A stretch of 63,932 nucleotides of DNA, filler included, from Licmophora abbreviata (Eukaryota), in assembly GCA_900291995.1 (NCBI GenBank). It is 22 parts of 22 records of this genome, joined end to end, with 100 filler letters (N's around TTAATTAATTAA, not from the genome) between each part and the next. Parts side by side here need not be neighbours in the genome. Positions count along the whole stretch, not along the records: positions 22,530 to 25,137 come from OLMU01001767.1; positions 25,238 to 27,548 come from OLMU01001769.1; positions 27,649 to 29,224 come from OLMU01001771.1; positions 29,325 to 31,131 come from OLMU01001772.1; positions 31,232 to 33,092 come from OLMU01001773.1; 17 more parts are not named here. The stretch is one strand, 5' to 3'. Below the pieces are notes generated by a model that saw only the letters and a list, made by a program, of their open reading frames with translations, had not been told where the DNA came from and did no database searches. Of the stretch, positions 22,530-31,795 are shown piece by piece (positions within the stretch are counted from its first letter, which is position 1; every line of letters begins with the position of its first letter). The translations under genes and the position numbers were made by a program.

Positions 22530-24995
22530 TTCGGCGCGGGTGGCGCCGTCGCCATCCAGAAGGAGGGGCTTGGAAAACTCCACATACCAGTCGCAGACCT
22601 TGCCCCAGACGAAGGCATAAAGCGCGTTGGCCGCATCGTTGAAGCGGAAGGCCGCAAGTGCGTCGTCCACGGTTTCGCGGACCTTGGCGGTTTCGCCGAT
22701 GATCCACTTGTTCACGGTGGCCGTTGGCTGCGGAATGGTGCCGGTGCTGCCGGTGGCGCCGTTCATTTCGGCAAAGCGGGCGGCATTCCAGAGCTTCGTG
22801 GTGAAGTTGCGATAGCCCGCGATCCGGTCCTTTGAGAGTTTCAGGTCGCGGCCCATGGCGGCCATCGCCGTAAGGGTAAAGCGCACCGCATCGGCGCCGT
22901 AATCGTCGATCAGGTCCAGCGGATCGAGCACGTTGCCGAGCGATTTGGACATCTTCTTGCCCTTCTCGTCGCGGACAAGGGCGTGGACATAGACATGGCT
23001 GAACGGTTTTTGACCGACCACGGCATATTGCATCATCATCATGCGGGCGACCCAGAAGAAGATGATGTCGAATCCGGTGATCAGGACCGATGTGGGGAAG
23101 TATTTTTGCAGCTCCGGCGTGTCATCGGGCCAGCCGAGCGTGCCGATGGGCCAGAGGCCCGAGGAGAACCATGTGTCGAGGACGTCGGGATCGCGGTAAA
23201 GGCTCACTACGAAATTTTCACCTACACCCTGCGTCAACTGCTCTTCGTTCCAGTGTGCAAGAAAGGCATGATGGCCTGGAATTATATCAGAGCCTTGGTT
23301 CCGCATGATTTCGCCCGCGTCTGCGCTTGAAATGCGGACATTGAACCGAGAGGGATAGTAAGCTTTTGCGAGTTTGATAGCTTCGTCTTCTGAAGCAGCA
23401 CAGAATGCTTTGTGCGCGTTTTGGAACTTGCCTTCTGCGAAAACAGGCCCATACCAGACCGGGATCTGATGGCCCCACCAAAGCTGGCGCGAGATGCACC
23501 ACGGCTCGATATTCTCGAGCCAGTGGAAATACACCTTGCGGTCGGCATCGGGCATGATGGTGGTTTCGCCCGAGCGCACGGCGTCGAGCGCGGGACCGAC
23601 GATCTTGGCGGTGTCGACGAACCATTGATCGGTCAGCATCGGCTCGATCACCACTTTCGAGCGGTCGCCGAAGGGCTGCATGATGGGCTTGGATTCGACC
23701 AGCGGCACAAGCGACAGCTCGCGCGGGTCGCCGCCTTCTTCGGGGGCGACAGGCGTGTGGGCGGCCTTGCCCAGACGGGGGTCGTTTTCAGGCACCATGA
23801 CGGCGAGGCCCTCATGGGAGATTTCGGCGATCACGCGGGCGCGCGCCTCGAACCTGTCGAGCCCGCGCAGGTGATCGGGCACGAGGTTGAGCGCATCGAC
23901 CTCGGCGGCGGTGAAGGCGGCGCCATTGGCGATCTCTTGCGCGCGTTTTGCTGCCTCGGCATAGGGCAGGCCGTCGTCGCGCATATGGGCGCGGGTGTCC
24001 ATCAGGCGGTACATCGGGATGCCGCCGCGCTTGGCCACCTCGTAGTCGTTGAAGTCATGCGCGCCGGTGATCTTGACCGCGCCCGAGCCGAAATCGGGAT
24101 CGGGGTAGTCATCGGTGATGATCGGGATCAGGCGGCGGTGTTCCTTGGGGCCAACGGGAATTTCACAGAGTTTTCCGACGATTGGCGCATAACGTTGATC
24201 CGAAGGATGAACGGCGACGGCGCCATCGCCCAACATGGTTTCGGGCCGCGTGGTGGCAATCGAGATGTAATCGCGCTCTTCCTCGAACAGGACATTGCCG
24301 TCCTCATCGCGTTCGACATAGGTGTAGGTCTCGCCGCCGGCCAGCGGGTATTTGAAGTGCCACATATGGCCGGGGGTCTCGATATTCTCGACCTCAAGAT
24401 CCGAGATCGCGGTTTCGAAATGCGGATCCCAGTTGACCAGCCGCTTGCCGCGATAGATCAGCCCCTTGTTGTACATGTCCACGAAGACCTTGATGACGGC
24501 GTCGTGGAAATTGCCCTCTTCCCCGGCGGGGGCGCCGGGGGCGCCGGACATGGTGAAGGCGTTGCGCGACCAGTCGCAGGAGGCGCCGAGGCGCTTGAGC
24601 TGATTGATGATCGTGCCGCCGGATTGGGTTTTCCAGTCCCAGACCTTTTCGAGGAACGCGTCGCGGCCCAAGTCGCGGCGGCCGGGCTGGCCTTCGGCGG
24701 CCAGCTTGCGTTCGACGACCATCTGCGTGGCGATCCCTGCGTGATCCTGCCCCGGCTGCCACAGCGTGTCATCGCCGCGCATCCGGTGCCAGCGGATCAG
24801 GATATCCTGCAGGGTGTTGTTGAAGGCATGGCCCATATGCAGGCTGCCCGTCACGTTGGGCGGCGGGATCATGATGCAGAACGGCTCGGCGCCGGGCTTG
24901 GCATTGGCGCCGGCCTTGAAGGCGCCGGTCTGTTCCCATGCCTCGTAGATGCGGCCTTCGGCCTGTGCTGCGTTGAAGGTCTTTTCCATCGCCAT
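22530..24995 (-). CDS. valS: Valyl-tRNA synthetase, 3' end lost in gap
   Basis: [38 protein letters not shown]. Confidence 0.97.
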
Positions 24996-25072
24996 GGTCT
25001 TGATCCCGTGGTCATTCCGCTTGGTCCCGCACCCCTTAGCGAATGTGGCGCGAGAGTGGAAGCGGTTAAGGC

Positions 25073-25137
25073 TCAGGTGCTGCGATCCAGCTTGGTGGAC
25101 AGGTGGATGAGGCTTTCCGAGCCCTTGACGCCACGGG
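25073..25137 (-). CDS. Probable Lrp/AsnC-family regulator, C-terminal fragment
   Basis: Reads [20 protein letters not shown], like the Lrp regulators divergent from ornithine decarboxylase. Confidence 0.5.
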
Positions 25138-25237
25138 NNNNNNNNNNNNNNNNNNNNNNNNNNNNNNNNNNNNNNNNNNNNTTAATTAATTAANNNNNNN
25201 NNNNNNNNNNNNNNNNNNNNNNNNNNNNNNNNNNNNN

Positions 25238-26057
25238 GGCGCGGGCCTATGGCGTGGCGTCCTGTTCGGTGGATTGCCCAAGGGAGCTGGACAAGCTGGA
25301 GAGCCTGCCGAAAACCACGGAAATCGCGGTGCGCCTGGCCTTGCCGGTCAAAGGGGCGGCGTATGATTTCGGCGAGAAGTTCGGGCTTGAGCCCAAGCGC
25401 GCGGCGGTCTTGTTGCGCAAGGTGGCCGAGCGCGGATTTGTGCCGGCGATCACCTTTCATCCCGGCACGCAATGCGCCGATCCGGCAGCATGGGGGGCGT
25501 ATATCGCGGCGGCGGCCAAGGTGGCGCGCGCGGCCGATGTGCAGATTGCCCGGTTGAATGTGGGGGGCGGCTTTGCCTCGCATCGCAGCGGTGCGGCCCC
25601 CGATCTGGAGGCGATATTCGCGCATATCCGCGCCGAGACGGATCGCTGTTTCGGGGCGCAGGCGCCAAGGCTGGTGTGTGAGCCGGGCCGCGCCATGGTG
25701 GCCGATGCGCTGACGCTGGCCACGCGGGTCAAGGCGCTGCGCGCCTGTGGTGCGGTGTTCCTGAACGATGGGATCTATGGCGGGCTGATGGAGATGCGCG
25801 ATATCGGCGCGCCGGGCCGTCTCCGGGTGATTGACCCGCTAGGGCGCGCGCGCCAAGGCGCCCCGGTGCCGCGTGTGGTCTTTGGTCCCACCTGTGACAG
25901 CCTGGACCGGCTGCCCGAACCGCTGCCGCTGCCGGGGGATATCGCCGAGGGGGATTATATTCTCTTTGACGGCATGGGTGCCTATTCGCGCAGCTTGACC
26001 ACGCGTTTCAACGGCTACGGGTTGGAAGATATGGTCACGGTGGCCGATCTTATGTGA
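25238..26057 (+). CDS. Fold-type III PLP decarboxylase (ornithine/lysine decarboxylase-like), 5' partial
   Basis: KFG, FHPGTQC, LNVGGGF, EPGR, GPTCDSLD, GMGAY. Confidence 0.87.
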
Positions 26058-26131
26058 CTGGCTCTGGACTTGTCGGCCCGTCCCGCTAGGGTCCGCCCAG
26101 ACGATGCGGCAGACATGCGAAAGGGCGGATC

Positions 26132-27548
26132 ATGGACAAGTTCGGCAAAAGCCAGCCGGTGACACGGGTCGAGGATCAGAGATTTCTGACCGGTCATGGC
26201 CGCTACGTGGATGATATCGCCCCGAAAGGCGCTCTGGTGGCATATGTGCTGCGCGCCTCGGTGGCCCATGCCGAGATCACCGCGCTGGATGTCGAGGCGG
26301 CGCGGCAGGCGCCGGGGGTGCATCTTGTGCTGACCGCGGACGATCTGGCGCAGGATGGCGTAACCGAGGGGATGGCCTTCAACCTTGTGCAGAACAGGGA
26401 TGGCACCAAGGGGGCGGCCCCGCGCAGGCCGATCCTGGCCGAGGGGCGGGTACGCTTTGTGGGCGAGCCTGTGGCCTTGATCGTGGCCGAAAGCCTCATG
26501 GCGGCGCGCGATGCCGCCGAGCTGATCGAGCTGGAGCTTGAGGATCTGCCGGTGCATATGGAGATCGGCCCCGGCGGCACGGCTCTGCATGACGAGGCGC
26601 CGGACAACCGCGCCTTTGACTGGGGCATGGGCGACGAAGCGGCGGTCGAGGCGGCGGTGGCACGTGCGGCGCATGTGGTGCGCATGAGCCTGCATGACAA
26701 CCGGATCATCGCCAACCCGATGGAGCCGCGCGGCTGCTATGCCGAGATCGAGGGAAACCGCCTGCATCTGGCGGTGAACGGGCAGGGCGTCTGGGGCACC
26801 AAGCGCAATCTGGCGCGGGTTCTGGGACTGTCGCCTGACGATATTCGCGTGACCAACCCCGATGTGGGGGGCGGGTTCGGCACCAAGGCGATGGATTATC
26901 CCGAGACTTATCTGGTGGCCCATGCCGCACGCAGGCTGGGGCGGCCGGTGCGCTGGATGGCGGATCGCACCGAGACCATGCTGAGCGACAATGCCGGGCG
27001 CGGGCTGGATCACGATCTGATGATGGCGTTCGATGCCGATCTGAAGATCACGGCCTACCGTGTGGACAGCCGGGTGGATCTGGGCGCCTATAACAGCACG
27101 ATGGCCCAAGCGATCCAGTCGGAGCTTTTCTCGAAGGTTCTGATGGGGGTCTATGACGTGCAGGACACCTATCTGCATGTCGAAGGCTATTACACCAACA
27201 CCACGCAGGTCGATGCCTATCGCGGGGCGGGCCGCCCCGAGGCGATCTATGCGCTGGAGCGGATCATGGACCGCGCGGCGCGCGAATTGGGCGTGGATAC
27301 ATGGGATCTGCACCGGCGCAACTTCATCCCGAAAGAGGCGTTCCCTTATGTGTCGTCCACGGGCGAGACCTATGATGTGGGCGATTTCGACCGGGTGCTG
27401 AGCCGCGCCGAGGCCGAATGCGACCGCGCGGGGTTTGCGGCGCGCAAGGCCGAGAGTGCGGCGCGCGGCAAGCTGCGCGGCATGGGGCTGTGCTATTACA
27501 TCGAGAGCATTCTGGGCAATCCGTCGGAGACCGCCAAGGTGGCGTTCA
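26132..27548 (+). CDS. Xanthine dehydrogenase family molybdopterin-binding subunit (CoxL-like), 3' partial
   Basis: RVEDQRFLTG, PMEPRG, VGGGFG, AYRGAGRPEA (not the form I AYRCSFR motif). Confidence 0.87.
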
Positions 27549-27648
27549 NNNNNNNNNNNNNNNNNNNNNNNNNNNNNNNNNNNNNNNNNNNNTTAATTAA
27601 TTAANNNNNNNNNNNNNNNNNNNNNNNNNNNNNNNNNNNNNNNNNNNN

Positions 27649-28224
27649 CGCGTCGATCCCGGCCTTGACGCAGGCGTCACGGAACCGGAAGAACGTCTCG
27701 GCCTCGAAGAAAAACTGGGTGATCGCTTCGGCGGCACCGGCATCCAGCTTGCGCTTGAGCCAGTCGATATCGGCTTTGGCGTCGGCGGCTTCGGGATGCT
27801 TCTCGGGATAGGCGCCGACGCGGATGTTGAATTTGCCGGTCTCTGCCAGCGCTTCGATCAGCTCGCAGGAATTGGCAAAACCTTCGGGATGGGCGGTGAA
27901 GCCGCCCGATCCTTTGGGGGGATCACCGCGCAGCGCGACGATCTCGGTGACGCCGGCCTGGTGGAAGCTGTCGGCGATGGCGAGGGTTTCTTCTCGGGTG
28001 GCTTCGACGCATGTCAGATGGGCGGCGACGTTGAGGCCGGTGGCCTTGTGGAGCGTGCCCACAGCCTCGCGGGTCAGTTCGCGGGTGGTGCCGCCAGCGC
28101 CGTAGGTGACCGACACGAAGCGCGGGTCGAGCGGGGCGAGAACCTGAATGGTGTCCCAAAGGCGGAACGAGGCCTCAAGCGTTTTGGGCGGGAAGAATTC
28201 GAACGAAACCTTGGGCGTTGTCAT
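27649..28224 (-). CDS. metF: 5,10-methylenetetrahydrofolate reductase, 3' partial
   Basis: SFEFFPPK, SVTYGAGG, AHLTCV, ALRGDPP, ITQFFF. Confidence 0.95.
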
Positions 28225-28277
28225 CTGGGGTATCCTGCGGATTGCACTGTTCACCACTTGTTGCAGGCGCCACACTG

Positions 28278-28290
28278 TGAGACAACTTCA
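28278..28290. promoter_or_regulatory. Candidate MetR-binding site in metF/metR divergent region
   Basis: TGAG-ACAAC-TTCA, one mismatch to TGAA-N5-TTCA. Confidence 0.35.
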
Positions 28291-28324
28291 TAATATTCAT
28301 GGTTACAATGAGGCGCGTTAATAT

Positions 28325-29224
28325 ATGCATATCGAGCTTCGGCATCTGAGAACGATCCGGGCCATCCATCAGGCGGGCGGAATCGCGCGCGCGGCGGATC
28401 TTCTGCACATCACCCAATCGGCATTGAGCCATCAGATCAAGGGGTTGGAGGATCAGGCGGGGGTTGAATTGTTCGTGCGCCGCTCCAAACCGTTGAAGCT
28501 GTCGGCGGCGGGGCACCGGTTGCTGCGGGTGGCCGAGAAGGTGCTGCCCGAGGTCGAGGCGCTGGAGGATGAGTTCGGAGGCTTGCGGCAGGGCAGCGCC
28601 GGGCGGATGCATATTGCCATTGAATGCCATGCCTGTTTCGAATGGCTGTTCCCGGTGCTGGAGAGGTTCCGCAAGGCCTGGCCGGATGTGGATGTGGATA
28701 TCAAGCCGGGTCTGGCTTTTGACGCATTGCCCGCTCTGCGAAAGGAAGAGGTAGATCTGGTGGTCTCGTCGGACCCCGAGGATCTGCCTGGCATCGGCTT
28801 CAAGCCGCTCTTCGATTACGAGCCGGTTTTCGTGGCCTCGAGCCTGCACCCATTGGCCGACAAGGCGTATGTCGAGGCGGAGGATTTCCGCGACGAGACG
28901 CTCATCACCTATCCGGTGGACCGCTCGCGCTTGGATGTGTTCACCGAACTGCTGACGCCTGCCAAGGTCGAGCCGCGCGCGACCCGGCAGGTGGAGCTGA
29001 CGGCGGTGATCCTGCTGCTGGTTGCGTCCAATCGTGGCGTGGCGGTCTTGCCTGACTGGGTGGTGCGGGAAGTGCGGACCAGCACCGATTACGTGACCCG
29101 GCCGATCACGGAAAAGGGTTTGACCAAAAGGCTTTACGCGGCGATCCGCGAGGATGATGCGGACAAGCCCTATGTCGCCCACCTGATCCGGCTGGCCCGA
29201 GAGATCCCGGTCAGGATGCAACGC
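28325..29224 (+). CDS. metR: LysR-family regulator MetR
   Basis: LysR HTH (TQSALSHQIK), AIECHACFEWL, divergent from metF. Confidence 0.9.
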
Positions 29225-29324
29225 NNNNNNNNNNNNNNNNNNNNNNNNNNNNNNNNNNNNNNNNNNNNTTAATTAATTAANNNNNNNNNNNNNNNNNNNN
29301 NNNNNNNNNNNNNNNNNNNNNNNN

Positions 29325-29910
29325 CGAGGAAAATGGTGGCGAGGATGGTGAAGATCCCACCCGGCGCTGGATCGTCGATCCGCTGGACGGGACCACCAAT
29401 TTCCTGCATGGCCTGCCCCATTGGGCAGTGTCCATCGCTTTGGAACACAAGGGAAAAATCGTCTCGGGCGTGATCTATGATCCGGCCAAGGACGAGATGT
29501 TCTTTGCTGAAAAAGGCGAGGGCGCGTGGATGAATGACAGCCGCTTGCGGGTGTCGGGGCGCGGCAAGATGATCGAGTCGATCTTTGCCACGGGCCTGCC
29601 CTTCGGGGGGCGGTCGGACCTGCCCGAGACGCTGCAGGACCTGGCCCGGCTGATGCCGGTCTGTGCCGGGGTGCGGCGCTGGGGATCGGCGGCGCTGGAC
29701 ATGGCCTATGTGGCGGCCGGGCGCTATGAGGGGTTCTGGGAACGGCGGCTGAACGCCTGGGATCTGGCGGCGGGCATCATCATCGTGCAGGAGGCGGGGG
29801 GCTTTGTCGAACCGCTGAACGAAGGCGATGACATCCTGGCGGATGGCAATGTCATTTGCGCCAATGAGCTGATTTTTGACAAGTTCACCAAGGCGGTGCG
29901 CGGCCGGTAA
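29325..29910 (+). CDS. suhB: Inositol monophosphatase family protein, 5' partial
   Basis: WIVDPLDGTTNFLHG, GSAALD, WDLAAG. Confidence 0.88.
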
Positions 29911-29954
29911 CCCGAATCAGGGTTAATGCGCTGAAAACCAAGCGAAAAGAGCGT

Positions 29955-29993
29955 TCGGTATCACGTCGGTAAAACGTCGGTATCGCGTCGGTG
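29955..29993 (+). repeat. 11-bp tandem repeat TCGGTATCRCG (about 3.5 units)
   Basis: TCGGTATCACG TCGGTAAAACG TCGGTATCGCG TCGGTG. Confidence 0.75.
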
Positions 29994-30292
29994 TAGGGGG
30001 CGGTGCCCGGGTCTGCGAAGGCCGGGGTTAACGCGGCGTGCGCTGGTGCGGATGGGGCAGCCTTGCCGGCCATGACAGGTCGTCTCGGGCCGTCACGGGC
30101 GGTCGCGGACGCGGGATCGGAGCGGTTCCGGCACTGTGCCCGGTGCGATCTGCGACGCATATCTGCAGGGCCATGCCGTTAGGTGAGGATTGTAACAGGC
30201 CCAAGACGCGGTTAATGCTGGTCGTGTGTTTTTAACGAATTCGAATATGTGTGTCGTAGCCACTTCCGCCTGTCCAAGTTTTGTGGAGGATC

Positions 30293-31075
30293 ATGGTGAG
30301 AAAGCCAGATGCGGCCCAAAAGGCCGAGCTTTTGCAAATAATCCGAAGCAATGATTGGTTCGACGTCGAAGATTTATTGTCAGAGCCGGACCTTGTCACC
30401 AGCCTGTGGGCGGATGAGGTCGCCAAGGCGGCCTCGGAGCATATCGCGGATAACCGGTGGGAGGCGTTCGCCCTGGCCGGCATCCGGCAATATGCGCATG
30501 CCGACAGTCTGGCGGAGGTCAAGATCGCGAATATCGTCAAACAGGCCGGGTATTCGAGATCCACGTTCTTTCGCATTTTCGACAATCTGACGAAATATCA
30601 GCTGCGCCTTTACCAGCTTGTGTCCCAGCTGTCGGTGGATGTCTACAAACAGCGGGTTTTCGCAAAACCCCGATCGCCGCTCGACTTTGCCAATTTCACC
30701 ATCAATCTTTTCTACAGCGCCGATTGCACCATTCCGAATGACTGGGTTGCCATGTTGTGGAAGAAATACGGGCATCTCGGGCATGAAAGCTTTCATCCGC
30801 AGCTGGCGGATATTTCGAGGATCATCACGCAATTCACTCAGAAACACCGCGCCCTTGGCTATGCGGAGCTGACGGTCTCCGACGTGCACCCAGTTGTCTG
30901 TCTCTATGAGAGGGAGGTTCTTGAAAGCCGGCTTGGACCCCAGCCCTCGTTCCCGTCTGCAGAGCAGTCCTTGAGGTGGAAACGCATGTTGTTCGGGCTG
31001 GTCGCGGATCCCAAGGTTTTGGAACGCACCTCATCGGGCGGGCGGCATCATTCCTTCCTTGATTACTACAAATAA
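30293..31075 (+). CDS. TetR/AcrR-like regulator with N-terminal extension
   Basis: GGAGG RBS; internal HTH VKIANIVKQAGYSRSTFFRIF. Confidence 0.6.
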   Translation: MVRKPDAAQKAELLQIIRSNDWFDVEDLLSEPDLVTSLWADEVAKAASEHIADNRWEAFALAGIRQYAHADSLAEVKIANIVKQAGYSRSTFFRIFDNLTKYQLRLYQLVSQLSVDVYKQRVFAKPRSPLDFANFTINLFYSADCTIPNDWVAMLWKKYGHLGHESFHPQLADISRIITQFTQKHRALGYAELTVSDVHPVVCLYEREVLESRLGPQPSFPSAEQSLRWKRMLFGLVADPKVLERTSSGGRHHSFLDYYK

Positions 31076-31795
31076 AGCGTTTCGCGAAAAACCTGTCTCA
31101 CGGATGTTCGCGGAATGCAGTGTTCTGTTCANNNNNNNNNNNNNNNNNNNNNNNNNNNNNNNNNNNNNNNNNNNNTTAATTAATTAANNNNNNNNNNNNN
31201 NNNNNNNNNNNNNNNNNNNNNNNNNNNNNNNCTTGCAACGACCATCGGCATTGAGACCCCGCACAGAGGCGCGACAGAGACCCTGTAGGATGACATGGGC
31301 CGATTCCCCTTGCTTGGTTGCTCTGAGTTGCCAATGGCTGAGGCAAGACACCTGCTCAAATTCCGATACTTGCTCGTGCGCGCACACAGGGGTTTTTCAC
31401 GGCAGGTTAGGAATGCACGGCCTTGGGCTTTCGTATCGGCGAGCAATTACATTCACTGATGTATCATGACGTGATGGCAGAGCAGGAGGGCGGGAACGCA
31501 TCAGACGCCATGAAAAATGTTGCAGATCATTTCATGAACAGATGAGATCAGAGGCTCTCTGTTCAAGCAATACCTTGCCTCATGCCGAGCGTGGCGGCCT
31601 GCTTCATGTATGCCAAGCACCGAAGTCTTCGATAGGCTTACCGGTTTTTGGCTCGAGAAAACATGTACATTTTTGATACATAATTTCCAGAATTGAGCGC
31701 TCAATTTCCGTGTGACAACTAAGCTCATGCGTAATCCGGAATTTCTTCATCGCATGGGGAAATCCGACATAGAAGCCTCAAGGAGCGTTATCAAC

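Noticed and set aside
26132..27548. Possible true CO dehydrogenase large subunit
   Set aside because: Active-site loop is AYRGAGR, not form I AYRCSFR, and no coxM/coxS are visible; substrate cannot be assigned.
30002..30009. GGTGCCCG as a possible att duplicate of the tRNA-Leu 3' end
   Set aside because: Only 8 bp in GC-rich DNA; expected by chance.
31232..31711. Short ORFs upstream of the S-layer gene
   Set aside because: No RBS, motif or codon support in any frame; treated as intergenic or decayed DNA.
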